Shown: positions 26,876 through 36,791, counted from the first letter of the stretch. The stretch is 64,000 bases of DNA from an uncultured Vicinamibacterales bacterium (GCA_964396055.1 CAYNDV010000007.1:521-64520), one strand, 5' to 3'. The notes: a model not told the origin generated them from the sequence alone. Translations and numbers: made by a program.

Positions 26876-27014
26876 GGTCGGTCTGTCCTCCCCACAGATG
26901 AACCGGCGAGACGGAAACGAACGGATCGGGCTGCATTACGACCACCCGGCCCCGGCCGTTTCAGCGCCGGCCGGCTACGGGCACCCGACGGGCGAATGGT
27001 AGACTGATCGGCCG

Positions 27015-28172
27015 ATGTCCGTCACGCGAGAACCGCTGTTCACGCCCCGCTTCTTCCTGATGTGCGGGTTCACGTTCACGGTCTTCGTCTCGGCGTTCCA
27101 GCTGTTTCCCACCGCCCCGTTCCAGATCCGGCACCTGGGCGGCAGCACGTTCGCCTCGGGCCTGTTCCTCGCCTTCCTCACCTTCGCGTCGGCCTGCACC
27201 GCACCGTTCACCGGGTCGCTGGCGGACCGGGCAGGCCTGCGCCGCACGCTCATCATCAGCGGCGTGGCGCTCACCCTCTGCTCGCTGGGCTACGCGGTGA
27301 TCCCCGACTACCGCGTGATGCTGGGCCTCACGTTCGTGCACGGCGCCTTCTGGTCGGGGCTGCTCACGGCCTCGTCGGCCTACACCACTTCGTTCCTGCC
27401 CGTGTCGCGCCGCGCAGAGGGCATCGGGTACTGGGGCCTGGCGTCGGTCATTGCGGTGGGCGTGGCCCCGACGCTGGGCTTCGCGATCTACCGGCTGGGC
27501 TGGGTGGCGCTCACCCTGGCCACGGCCCTGCTGAACGCGGTGATGACCGTCATCGCGTGGCGCCTCCCGCCCGAACACGTCCACCGCCACCCGGGGGCCG
27601 CGCGCCGGGGCCCAATCCTCGAGTGGCGCGTCCTGGTGCTGTCGGGCACGCTCTTCCTCTACTCGTTCGCCTACGGCGGCATCACCAGCTTCGCGGCCAT
27701 GTACGCCGAGGCCAACGGCGTCACGCCCACCGCCATCTACCTGGCGGTACTCTCGGCGGCCATCCTGGTCACCCGCCCGTTTTCGGGCACGCTCGCCGAC
27801 CGGATCGGCTACGTGCGGGTGCTGGTGCCGTGCCTGGCGCTCATCTCGGTGGGCCTGGCCATCCTCACGCTCGGGGGCGCCCGCCACTGGCAGGCGTTGT
27901 CGGCGGCGGTCTTCGGCGTCGGTTTCGGCTCGGCGTACCCGATCTACGCCGCGTACATGCTGGACCGGGTGGACGACAAGCGGCGCGGCGCGGCGTTCGG
28001 GGCCATCATCGCGGCGTTTGACACGGGCATCGGCACCGGGTCGCTGGCCACGGGCTGGCTGATCCAGCACCACGGCTACCGGGTGGCCTTCGCCATCGGC
28101 GCGGCCATCTCCGCGATGGCGATCCCGTACTTCTTCAGTGTGAGGCGGGTGCTGCCGGAACGGACGGTGTAA
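27015..28172 (+). CDS. MFS transporter
   Basis: 385 aa with about 12 TM helices. An MFS loop motif resembles GSLADRAGLRR and is repeated as GTLADRIGY. Confidence 0.8.
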   Translation: MSVTREPLFTPRFFLMCGFTFTVFVSAFQLFPTAPFQIRHLGGSTFASGLFLAFLTFASACTAPFTGSLADRAGLRRTLIISGVALTLCSLGYAVIPDYRVMLGLTFVHGAFWSGLLTASSAYTTSFLPVSRRAEGIGYWGLASVIAVGVAPTLGFAIYRLGWVALTLATALLNAVMTVIAWRLPPEHVHRHPGAARRGPILEWRVLVLSGTLFLYSFAYGGITSFAAMYAEANGVTPTAIYLAVLSAAILVTRPFSGTLADRIGYVRVLVPCLALISVGLAILTLGGARHWQALSAAVFGVGFGSAYPIYAAYMLDRVDDKRRGAAFGAIIAAFDTGIGTGSLATGWLIQHHGYRVAFAIGAAISAMAIPYFFSVRRVLPERTV

Positions 28173-29397
28173 CGCGGGCGCCGCGGCCCAGAATCGCGGC
28201 GCCCGCCATCCATCCCACCACGTTCGACGTCGTGCGGAACATGTCGGGAATGGTGTCGACGCCCATGAGCAGGGCGATGCCTTCGACGGGCAGCCCCACC
28301 GACGTCAGCACGGGCGCCAGCACGATGATCGCGCCGGCCGGGATGCCGGGCACCGTCAGCGTCGTGAGCAGGACCGACAGGATGACGGTCCCCATCTGCG
28401 CCGCCGCGAGGTCGACGGCGTAGAGCCTGGCGACGAAGAGCACGGCCAGCACCTGCGCCATCGCCGCCCCGGTGCGGAACATCGCGGCCGCCAGCGGCAG
28501 GTACACCTGCGGCAGTTCCTCCGGCAGCCGCAGCTGGCGCATGCCGTCCATGGTGGCCGGCAGGGCCGCCAGCGACGACCGCGACGCGAACGCCACGGCC
28601 ACGGCGGGCGCGGACGCCCGCACGAACGCACCGAGTGACTGGCGCCCCGCGACCACGGCCACGCCATAGAGCGCCGCGATGAACACGGCGCTGATGCCCG
28701 ACATCACGACGATGTAGAACACGAGGGCGCCGGCGGCGCCGACTCCCATCTTCGCGCCCAGCGGCAGCGCCAGGGCGGCCACCCCGACCGGCGCCGCCCG
28801 GAGCACCCAGCCCACGAGCACGACCATGGCATCCGCCACGGCGCGCAGCACCTGCAGCGTGGTCTCGCGTGCCGCGGCCTGCACGCGCGCCAGCGCGAGG
28901 CCCGCGCCAAGCGAAAACACGATGAGCGGCAGGATGGCGCCGTCGGCGGCAGCCCGGAACGGGTTGGCGGGCACCAGGTCCACCACCCATTGCGCCAGGC
29001 CCGGTATGCGCGCGGCCTGGGAGGCCACATCCACGCTCCGCACGTCAGCGCGCAACGCCGCGGCCACGGCCGGGTCGATCTCGAGGGTGGCAAACAGCGG
29101 GTACCCGGCAACTGCGGCCCAGATGGCCGCCACGGCGATGCCCGCGAGGAACAGGGCCACGGCCCGCACGCCCACGCGCCCCACGGCGGTCGCGTCCCGC
29201 AGCGAGGCCACGCCAAGCACGAGGCTGGCGCAGACCAGCGGGATCACCGTCATCCGGATCGCGTTCACGAACAGGACGCCCACGGGCTCCACGGCGCCCG
29301 GCAACACCGCCAGCCACGAGGCGGGCGCAGCGGACGCCGCCAGGCCGAGCCCCAGTCCGATCAGCAGACCGAGCAGAACCTGCGCCGTGTAGGGCAT
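28135..29397 (-). CDS. Dicarboxylate/amino acid:cation symporter (DAACS family)
   Basis: Gly/Ala-rich polytopic protein with the general look of DAACS (GltP/DctA-type) carriers. I identified no diagnostic motif, so the family call is tentative. I trimmed the start to ATG 29397 (MPYTAQVLLGLLIG), which removes the overlap with the upstream gene. Confidence 0.75.
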   Translation of the reverse strand: MPYTAQVLLGLLIGLGLGLAASAAPASWLAVLPGAVEPVGVLFVNAIRMTVIPLVCASLVLGVASLRDATAVGRVGVRAVALFLAGIAVAAIWAAVAGYPLFATLEIDPAVAAALRADVRSVDVASQAARIPGLAQWVVDLVPANPFRAAADGAILPLIVFSLGAGLALARVQAAARETTLQVLRAVADAMVVLVGWVLRAAPVGVAALALPLGAKMGVGAAGALVFYIVVMSGISAVFIAALYGVAVVAGRQSLGAFVRASAPAVAVAFASRSSLAALPATMDGMRQLRLPEELPQVYLPLAAAMFRTGAAMAQVLAVLFVARLYAVDLAAAQMGTVILSVLLTTLTVPGIPAGAIIVLAPVLTSVGLPVEGIALLMGVDTIPDMFRTTSNVVGWMAGAAILGRGARVTPSVPAAPASH

Positions 29398-29407
29398 GGT
29401 CGTCGCG

Positions 29408-31144
29408 TCAGCGGGCCGAACGGACCCGCGGCAGCAGGGCGTCCACCAGCACCTCGCCGTCGGCACGCGGCAGCGTCACGCCGCACAGGAACGCCAGCGT
29501 CGGCGCGATGTCCGCCGGCGTGGCGCTGCGGAGGTACTCACCCGGCGCGATCCCGGCGCCGTAGAAGACCAGCGGCACCTGCTGGTCGTAGGCGTACGGC
29601 GCCCCGTGCCCGGTGCCGCCGGGCGACGACGCGGCGCTGTCGCTCGTGTACAGCCAGTTTGGCCGGTGCGCGATCACGAAGTCGCCGCTCCGGCCCGGAT
29701 ACCAGCTCAGGCGCGCCGCGCGGGCGTGCGGGTCGCCCGCCGCCGCGTGCGCATCGAGGCTCCCGGCGTGGTACGCCGCCGCCACACCCGGCACCGCCCG
29801 CAACGCCCGCACCACGGCGTCGGCCGCCGCGGCATTCGCCCGGACGGCGTCACTCACTGCGGGCTCGAGGTAGAGGTCGTTCCCCTGCTGACGCACCCTG
29901 GCGGTGGCCAGCCCCAGGGTCCGCTGCAGGGCGCGCTGCACGGCTTCCTGCGTCAGCGAGGTGCGCAGGCGCGCCGCGTCGAGCCCGATCGAGGCCGCAC
30001 GCTCGGGAATCGACGCCACGCCGTGGTCGGCCGACAGGGCCACGACGTACCTGCCGCGGCCGACCTTGTTGTCCAGGTGGTCGAGCAGCCGGCCGATGGT
30101 GGCGTCGAGCCGGACGAGCATGTCCTGCACTTCGTGGCTGTGGGGCCCGAAGTCGTGGCCGACGATGTCGAGGGCGGAAAAACTGATCGCCAGAAAGTCC
30201 GTCGTGTCCCGCTGGCCCAGGCTCAGCGCATCGACGGCCGCTTCGCCCAGCCGGCCCAGGTACGCGTCCGACAGGGGACTCGAATCCCACGCCGTCTCCT
30301 CTTCATCGCCCGAGGCCGGACCGGTCAGGGCATGCGGGAAGGTCCGCGTCCGGAACGACGCCGGCTTCTCGCCGATCCCGTCATCCTCGAAGAGGTACCG
30401 GTCGGCTGCGAGCGCCCGGGTCCACGGCTGCGTCAACTCCGCGTCAATCGGGTTGGCCTTCGCGAACGCCGCGACAAACGGCACCGGTGCCTTCGTGTAG
30501 AACGACGACGTGACCGGCGCGCGCACCGACCCGTTGACCCACGTGACCGCGTCGGCACGCCGCCCCGCGAGCATGATGGCCGTCCGCTCCTTCAGCGACA
30601 GCGACACCACCCGGCCGGGCCCGGGCAACTGGGCCTGCAGTTCGTCGGCCAGGGTCGATACCTGCAACAGGCGGGGACTGTACGCCCCGGAGGCCTGGCC
30701 GCCGTAGCTGACCAGCGTCGCCGACGGATCATCCGCGCAGCGCACGGTCTTCCATTCGGTCGCGTCGAACCACGAGTTGCCGACGATGCCGTGCGTGCGC
30801 GGGAACGCGCCGGTGGCGATGGTGGCATGGCCCACGCAGGTGACGGTGTTGGCGTAGGGGTATGCCGCACGCGGGAACCGGGCACCGTCCCGGATCAGGC
30901 GCGCCAGCCCACGCGTCCACTGGTGCGCGTACCGCGCCACATAGTCCGCGCGCATCTGATCGACGACGAGGACGACCACGAGCCGGGGTGGAGCCGGGGC
31001 TGTGCCAGGCGCGCCCGCGTCGGGCCCGCCGCCGGCGGGCGCGGGCCGCTGCCGGGCCTGCCCGGTGAGGGCCACCACCATCAGGATCGTCGAGAGTGCC
31101 AGGATCGTACGGCTGAGTCGTGCCACGGGTCGATGTCTCCTCAC
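29408..31144 (-). CDS. Alkaline-phosphatase-superfamily enzyme (nucleotide pyrophosphatase/phosphodiesterase-like)
   Basis: Signal anchor present. Metal-site motifs are VVDQMRADY, DIVGHDFGP and LSADHG. Confidence 0.8.
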   Translation of the reverse strand: MRRHRPVARLSRTILALSTILMVVALTGQARQRPAPAGGGPDAGAPGTAPAPPRLVVVLVVDQMRADYVARYAHQWTRGLARLIRDGARFPRAAYPYANTVTCVGHATIATGAFPRTHGIVGNSWFDATEWKTVRCADDPSATLVSYGGQASGAYSPRLLQVSTLADELQAQLPGPGRVVSLSLKERTAIMLAGRRADAVTWVNGSVRAPVTSSFYTKAPVPFVAAFAKANPIDAELTQPWTRALAADRYLFEDDGIGEKPASFRTRTFPHALTGPASGDEEETAWDSSPLSDAYLGRLGEAAVDALSLGQRDTTDFLAISFSALDIVGHDFGPHSHEVQDMLVRLDATIGRLLDHLDNKVGRGRYVVALSADHGVASIPERAASIGLDAARLRTSLTQEAVQRALQRTLGLATARVRQQGNDLYLEPAVSDAVRANAAAADAVVRALRAVPGVAAAYHAGSLDAHAAAGDPHARAARLSWYPGRSGDFVIAHRPNWLYTSDSAASSPGGTGHGAPYAYDQQVPLVFYGAGIAPGEYLRSATPADIAPTLAFLCGVTLPRADGEVLVDALLPRVRSAR

Positions 31145-31187
31145 GCTCCCGCCTAGAGCGTTCCTTGATAGCTTACCCGCATTCCCG

Positions 31188-31236
31188 CCTCCAGCCTCTA
31201 GCCTCTAGCCTCTAGCCTCTAGCCTCCAGCCCCTAG
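31188..31236. repeat. Heptanucleotide tandem array (CCTCTAG) x7, the reverse complement of CTAGAGG
   Basis: CCTCCAG, CCTCTAG x4, CCTCCAG, CCCCTAG. It fills the divergent region between the AlkP-family gene (start 31144) and truA (start 31241). Confidence 0.9.
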
Positions 31237-31240
31237 TACG

Positions 31241-32035
31241 ATGTCCCCCATGCCCCGTTTCAAGCTCACGGTGGAGTACGCCGGCACGCGGTACAGCGGG
31301 TGGCAGATCCAGAAGAACGCCCGCACCGTGCAGGGCGAACTGGAGCGGGCCATCCACCTCGCCACCGGGCGCGCGGAGTTCGAGCTGTACGGCGCGGGCC
31401 GCACCGACGCCGGCGTGCACGCCCTCGGGCAGGTGGCGCACCTGCAGGTGGACACGCGGCTGGACGCGCCCACGCTGGTCTGGCGGATCAACGACGACCT
31501 GCCGGCCGACATCAACGTGCTGGATATCGTCCGCGCGCCGCAGGGGTTTCATGCGCGCCACGACGCGGTGGCGCGCAGCTACGTCTACCAGATCAGCCGC
31601 CGCCGCAGCGCGTTCGCGAAGCCGTTCGTCTGGTGGGTGCGCGAAGATCTCCGGCTGGGCCCGATGCGCCAGGCCGCCGGGGCGTTTGTGGGGCTTCGGG
31701 ACTTCCGGGCGTTCACGGCCGACGATCCCGCCGAGACGTCGACCAAGGTGCAGGTGGACCGCGTGGACCTGGTCGAGCAGGGCCCGCGTCTGCTGGTCCG
31801 GGTCGTCGGCTCGCACTTCCTTTGGCGGATGGTCCGGCGCATCGTCGGGGTGCTCGTGGCCGTGGGACGGCGGGAACTGCGCGCCGACGAGGTGCCGTCG
31901 CTGATTGCGTCGGATTCGCCGATTCCGGCCCAGCTCACGGCCCCATCGTCGGGGTTGTTCCTCGAACGTGTCTACTATCCGGGCGACGCGCTGCCGGGCC
32001 CTGACGAAACCCCTGCCGGTTTCACGGTCCTGTAG
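31241..32035 (+). CDS. truA: tRNA pseudouridine(38-40) synthase
   Basis: FKLTVEYAGTRYSGWQIQ and GAGRTDAGVHA (catalytic Asp) are TruA hallmarks. Confidence 0.9.
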   Translation: MSPMPRFKLTVEYAGTRYSGWQIQKNARTVQGELERAIHLATGRAEFELYGAGRTDAGVHALGQVAHLQVDTRLDAPTLVWRINDDLPADINVLDIVRAPQGFHARHDAVARSYVYQISRRRSAFAKPFVWWVREDLRLGPMRQAAGAFVGLRDFRAFTADDPAETSTKVQVDRVDLVEQGPRLLVRVVGSHFLWRMVRRIVGVLVAVGRRELRADEVPSLIASDSPIPAQLTAPSSGLFLERVYYPGDALPGPDETPAGFTVL

Positions 32036-32199
32036 GGCGCGAATCCTGGCGATCCGAGTGGTCAAGCCACCAGGGCCGCGCCGCGCCCCGCGCCGCTAGC
32101 CGCCGACCGTGACAAGCAGGTAGACTGGAATCCGCCCCTCGTTCCGCAGCCAGGCCGCGCCCGGCGCGGCTGCCTGCCCGTCACTTGCTCGAGGCCATC

Positions 32200-33426
32200 A
32201 TGGATACACTCTGGGCGCAGCGGTTCGCACAGCGGACGCAGCGCATGAAGAGCTCGGCGGTGCGCGAACTGCTGAAGCTCACCGAACAGCCCGACGTCAT
32301 CTCGTTCGCCGGCGGCCTGCCCGCGCCGGAGGTCTTCCCCACGGAACGGTTCGAAGCGGCGATGCGCACGGTGATGCAGACGCTGGGCGCGCGCGCGCTG
32401 CAGTACAGCACCACCGAGGGGTACCGTCCGCTGCGCGAACTCATCGCCGAGCGATCGTCGCGGTACGGCATCCGCGTGGAACCGGACAACGTGCTCATCA
32501 CGAACGGGTCGCAGCAGGCGCTCGACCTGATCGGCAAGGTCTTCCTGAACCCCGGCGACCACGTGATGGTGGAGCGGCCCACGTATCTCGGCGCGCTTCA
32601 GGCGTGGAACGCGTACCAGACCGAGTACATCACGGCCGACACGGACCTCGACGGCTACGTGGTCGAGTCCGTGCGCGACCGCATGCGCTGCGGCCCGAAG
32701 TTCGTCTACGCGCTGCCGAACTTCCAGAATCCGAGCGGCATCACGCTGTCGCTCGAGCGGCGCCGCGCGCTGCTCGAAGTGGCCGACCACTACGGCGTGC
32801 CGATTCTCGAGGACGACCCGTACGGCCAGCTGCGCTACGAGGGCGAGCACCTGCCCTCCATCGTCACGCTGGATTCGCAGTTCCGCTCGACCAACGGCAC
32901 GCAGTACAGCGGCAACGTCATCTACCTGAGCACGTTCTCGAAGACGCTGGCGCCGGGCGTCCGCCTGGGCTGGATCATTGCCCCGGTCGAGGTGATTCAG
33001 AAGCTGGTGCAGGCGAAGCAGGGCGCCGATCTGCACACCGGCACGCTCAACCAGATGCTGGCCTACGAGGTGGCGTCGGGCGGGTTCCTCGACCAGCACG
33101 TGAAGCACATCCGCGCGGTGTACCGGGAACGGCGCGACGCGATGCTCGACGCGCTCCAGCGTCACTTCCCGGACGGCGTCACCTGGACGCGGCCGCAGGG
33201 CGGGCTGTTCCTGTGGCTCACGTTTCCCGAGGGCATGGATGCCGCCGAGATCCTGACGGCCGCCGTCGCCCGGAAGGTGGCGTTTGTCCCGGGCACGTCG
33301 TTCTTCGCCGACGGCGGCGGACGCAACACGGCCCGGTTGAACTTCTCGAACGCCAGCCCGGAGCTCATCGAGGACGGCGTGAAGCGCCTGGCCGACTGCC
33401 TCAAGGATCTGCTGCGCCGGCGCTGA
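32200..33426 (+). CDS. PLP-dependent aminotransferase (class I/II, 2-aminoadipate/aromatic aminotransferase-like)
   Basis: N-terminal MKSSAVRELLKL..ISFAGGLPAPEVFP, then the YLSTFSKTLAPGVRLGW PLP-lysine region. I chose ATG 32200, preceded by GAGG. TTG 32185 is an alternative. Confidence 0.85.
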   Translation: MDTLWAQRFAQRTQRMKSSAVRELLKLTEQPDVISFAGGLPAPEVFPTERFEAAMRTVMQTLGARALQYSTTEGYRPLRELIAERSSRYGIRVEPDNVLITNGSQQALDLIGKVFLNPGDHVMVERPTYLGALQAWNAYQTEYITADTDLDGYVVESVRDRMRCGPKFVYALPNFQNPSGITLSLERRRALLEVADHYGVPILEDDPYGQLRYEGEHLPSIVTLDSQFRSTNGTQYSGNVIYLSTFSKTLAPGVRLGWIIAPVEVIQKLVQAKQGADLHTGTLNQMLAYEVASGGFLDQHVKHIRAVYRERRDAMLDALQRHFPDGVTWTRPQGGLFLWLTFPEGMDAAEILTAAVARKVAFVPGTSFFADGGGRNTARLNFSNASPELIEDGVKRLADCLKDLLRRR

Positions 33427-34003
33427 CGGCCGGACCGCCAGACGGGTGGGCCGCCGCGCCTCCGGGCGCGGCGGCAAACACCGTCCGCTCCGCCAGCCAC
33501 ACCAGGAACGGCATGGCCGCCGCCCACACCACGACCACCGCCGCCAGGCCCGTCGACGCGGAGGGCCCGATCGCGGCGGCCCCGACACGGGCGCCGGCCG
33601 CGTAGGCCAGCGGCCCACCCAGGGCGCCGAAGAGCGCCGCCGCCACGTACCGGCCACGCAGCCAGGCCATCGACGAGTCCATCGTCAGCGCCAGATTGAC
33701 CCATAGGGCCACCATCCAGAGGGCCGAAGGCCAGCCCAGGGCCGCATGAGCCGGGAACGACAGCACACCGGCCAGCACCAGGACCGAGTCTGCCAGGTAG
33801 CCGAGGACGCCGGCCAGGGCCGCCAACACCAGCCGGGCAACCCGCTGGCGGCCTCCGGCCGCCGTCCAGGCGCACCCGAACGCGAAGGCCGCCGCCGCCG
33901 CCGGCCCGGCCCAGGGCCATCCGGCTGCCGCCCCGCCGACGCAGGCCCACCAGACGCCGTACGACGCCGCCCCGTTGACCACTCCCGGCACCCAGCGCAT
34001 CAC
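33401..34003 (-). CDS. Membrane protein (DUF2878-like)
   Basis: 200 aa with 4-5 TM helices. The N-terminus NGAASYGVWWACVGG resembles DUF2878. The family assignment is tentative. Confidence 0.55.
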   Translation of the reverse strand: MMRWVPGVVNGAASYGVWWACVGGAAAGWPWAGPAAAAAFAFGCAWTAAGGRQRVARLVLAALAGVLGYLADSVLVLAGVLSFPAHAALGWPSALWMVALWVNLALTMDSSMAWLRGRYVAAALFGALGGPLAYAAGARVGAAAIGPSASTGLAAVVVVWAAAMPFLVWLAERTVFAAAPGGAAAHPSGGPAVSAGAADP

Positions 34004-34078
34004 GTCTCCCCCCCTTTTCTATGATGCGGCCGTCTGCCGGCAGGTTCCCTTCATCCTTCCCGGCGATCTGTCGATTAC

Positions 34079-35905
34079 TTGCGCGGACTGGGTCTCCCGA
34101 CCGGAGGTAGCGGTGTGAGCGCTGATTCCGACGCGATGGCGGTCACGGGCAGCCAGACGGCACAGGGGGGCAGCGTCCGCCTGGCAGCGGCCGTCGCGGA
34201 ATGCGTGCGTCGCGGCTGGGGCCGCGCCCGTTCGTCGGGCGTCCTCCTGGCGGCGCCGCTGCTGGGGGCGCAGTGGCTCGCCCTCGCGTCCGCCTTCCGG
34301 CGCGCCGACCCCTGGCCGTGGGAAGCGGCCGCCGGCGCCGCCGGCGTCACGATCGCGAGTCTGTGGGTCACGCTGCACTACCTCATGGTCCGGCCCCTGG
34401 CCCGGAAACTGGGCGGCACGCAGACGCTGCTCCAGGTGTGCCAGACCGGGATCGCCGAGCGCGAGATGATGGTCGGCGTTCTCGAGGAGTCGGGCTCGCG
34501 CCTGCGCGCGATCTTCAACAACTCCCCCAACGGCGTCGTGGTGCTGGATCCGGACACCACCTGCCCGATCGACTACAACGACACGATGCCGCGGCTGCTC
34601 GGCTACACCCGCACCGAGTTCGGCAGCCTGCCGGCCCAGCGTTACCTCTCGGACATGGCCCACGAGGACCTGCGGGCACACCTCGACGGGGCCGTCCGCG
34701 GCTCGGTGGAGCATTTCACCGCGACGTGCCGCACGCGGACGGGCACCACCTTCGACGCGTCGTTCACGGCGCAGATGGTCACCGTCGATGGCCGCCCCGC
34801 CGTCTCGTGCATCGTCCGCGACATCAGCCAGGAGCGGAAGGCCGAGCAGGCCCTGCGGCTGACGCACGACAAGATGCAGGCGATGATCTCGGAGCTCGAG
34901 CATCGCAACCAGGAGCGGACGACCCTGACCGAGATGGGGGGCGTGCTGCAGGCCTGCGTCACGCTCGACGAAGCGTTCGCGGCCGTCTCCCGGTTCTGCC
35001 GGCGCCTCTTTCCGTCCGTGGGCGGCGCCCTGTACGTGTTCAGTCCGTCGCGCAGCGACCTCGAGCTGGCGGCCTGGTGGGAGCCCCCGATGGGCGGCTT
35101 CGAGGCGCAGATCGGCCCCTCCGACTGCTGGAGCCTGCGCCGCGGCCAGCTCTATGACCGCACCGACGCGACGGGCAGCCTGCCGTGCCTGCACGTGGGC
35201 CAGGACGCGGAAGTGCCGTATCTCTGCGTCCCGCTGACGGCCCAGGGCGAGACGATCGGCGTGCTGCACCTGCGCACCGCCGCGTGGCGGAGCGCCGCGG
35301 CGGACGTGCCGGCGCTGGGCCTGAACCGCCCGCTGATCACGGCTGTCTCGGACCAGATCACGCTGGCCGTCGCGAATCTCCGGCTGCGCCAGACCCTGCG
35401 CCACCAGTCGATCCACGACCCCCTGACGGGCTGCTACAACCGGCGGTACATGGAAGAGACGCTCCGCCGCGAGATTCCGCGGTCCGCCCGCAGCGGCAAG
35501 CCGCTGGCGGTCGTCATGGCGGACCTCGACCGCTTCAAGACGTTCAACGACACCTACGGCCACGAGGCCGGCGACGCGGTGCTGGCGGAACTGGGGCTGC
35601 TGCTCCGGTCGTGTATCCGCGCCAGCGACATGGCGTGCCGTTATGGCGGAGAGGAGTTCGCGCTGGTGCTGCCGGAAGCCCCGGTCGAGGGCGCCCTCAA
35701 GCGACTCGAGGAGATCCGGCGGCGCGTGAGCGACCTGCGCGTGCACCAGCACGATCGCGTGCTCGGGGGGCTGACGCTGTCGATGGGCCTGGCGGTGACG
35801 CCGGACCACGGCAGCGCGCCCGACGACCTGCTGCGCGCGGCCGACAAGGCCCTGTATCGCGCCAAGCAGGACGGGCGCAACTGCATCCGCGTGGCCGGCG
35901 CCTGA
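34079..35905 (+). CDS. Membrane-associated PAS-GAF-GGDEF diguanylate cyclase
   Basis: N-terminal TM helices, then a PAS-like region (LRAIFNNSPNGVVVLD), a GAF-like region, and GGDEF with RASD I-site and RYGGEEF. The TTG start is uncertain. Confidence 0.85.
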   Translation: MRGLGLPTGGSGVSADSDAMAVTGSQTAQGGSVRLAAAVAECVRRGWGRARSSGVLLAAPLLGAQWLALASAFRRADPWPWEAAAGAAGVTIASLWVTLHYLMVRPLARKLGGTQTLLQVCQTGIAEREMMVGVLEESGSRLRAIFNNSPNGVVVLDPDTTCPIDYNDTMPRLLGYTRTEFGSLPAQRYLSDMAHEDLRAHLDGAVRGSVEHFTATCRTRTGTTFDASFTAQMVTVDGRPAVSCIVRDISQERKAEQALRLTHDKMQAMISELEHRNQERTTLTEMGGVLQACVTLDEAFAAVSRFCRRLFPSVGGALYVFSPSRSDLELAAWWEPPMGGFEAQIGPSDCWSLRRGQLYDRTDATGSLPCLHVGQDAEVPYLCVPLTAQGETIGVLHLRTAAWRSAAADVPALGLNRPLITAVSDQITLAVANLRLRQTLRHQSIHDPLTGCYNRRYMEETLRREIPRSARSGKPLAVVMADLDRFKTFNDTYGHEAGDAVLAELGLLLRSCIRASDMACRYGGEEFALVLPEAPVEGALKRLEEIRRRVSDLRVHQHDRVLGGLTLSMGLAVTPDHGSAPDDLLRAADKALYRAKQDGRNCIRVAGA

Positions 35906-35932
35906 CGCCCGGCGGGGGGCTGGCGGGGCGGG

Positions 35933-36718
35933 CTACTTCCCGGCCGCGACGTCCTCGAAGGCCTGCTTGAACACGCTGAAGGGCTGCGCGCCCGAGATCC
36001 CCTTCTTCACGGCCAGCTGGCCGTCGGCGCCGACGGTGCCGATCAGGAACAGCGGCGTGCCCTGCACGCCGATCTGCATCCCGGCGTCGATGTCGGCGCG
36101 CACCTTCGCGGTCATCCGGCCGCCGTCGAGGCACGCCTTGAACGCTGTCATGTCGAGCCCTGCGGCCTGGGCGTGCTGCGCGAGATCCGCCGGGGCGAGC
36201 GCCTTCTGGTTCGCGAACAGGCGGTCGTGCAGCGCCCAGTACTTGCCCTGTTCGCCGGCGCAGGCGGCCGCTTCGTGGGCCTTGAGGGCGTTCTTGTGAA
36301 TCGACTCCAGCGGGAACGCCCGGAACACGTGGCGCACCTTGCCGGTCTGGATGAACTCCTTGTCGATCGACGGGTAGGCGTCGCGGACGAACCGCGCGCA
36401 GAACGGGCACTCGTAGTCGGAGAACTCGACGAGCACCACCGGGGCGCCGGCCGCACCCTTGGATGGCGCGCCTGCGATCGGCAGGGTCATCCCGGGCGGC
36501 GCGTCCATGATGGCCTTCGGCGCCGCGGGCTTGAGCAGGGCCTTGATCTCGTCGAGGTCCTTCCGCATCGCGTCCTGGGCGGCCTTGAGGGCGGCGACTT
36601 CCGCCTTGAGGGCGGCGACGTCATCCGGCTTCTGCGCGCAGGCGGGCCCCGCCGCGGCCAGCAGGAGGCAGCACGACAGGACGGCGGCGGAACACGTGAG
36701 GCGATGCGGGTATGCCAT
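35933..36718 (-). CDS. DsbA-family thiol:disulfide oxidoreductase with N-terminal coiled coil
   Basis: Signal peptide present. Coiled-coil repeat VAALKAEVAALKAAQ. Thioredoxin-fold CPFC active site (FSDYECPFCARF). Confidence 0.85.
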   Translation of the reverse strand: MAYPHRLTCSAAVLSCCLLLAAAGPACAQKPDDVAALKAEVAALKAAQDAMRKDLDEIKALLKPAAPKAIMDAPPGMTLPIAGAPSKGAAGAPVVLVEFSDYECPFCARFVRDAYPSIDKEFIQTGKVRHVFRAFPLESIHKNALKAHEAAACAGEQGKYWALHDRLFANQKALAPADLAQHAQAAGLDMTAFKACLDGGRMTAKVRADIDAGMQIGVQGTPLFLIGTVGADGQLAVKKGISGAQPFSVFKQAFEDVAAGK

Positions 36719-36764
36719 CCCCTGAGCGTACGTGCGGCCGCCCGCCTGATCAACCCGAAAAGCA

Positions 36765-36791
36765 CCAGGCAGGGCTGAAGGCCTGCACTAC
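36765..36791 (+). repeat. REP-A hairpin overlapping a stop codon
   Basis: CCAGGCAGGGCTGAAGGCCTGCACTAC. Its CTA (36788-36790) is the TAG stop of the minus-strand permease gene. Confidence 0.8.

Noticed and set aside
24227-27007. 926-aa plus-strand ORF antisense to the BNR/sortilin gene
   Set aside because: It is a shadow ORF. The minus strand carries repeated Asp-box motifs and a signal peptide, whereas the plus-strand translation is low-complexity and Arg/Gly/Pro-rich.
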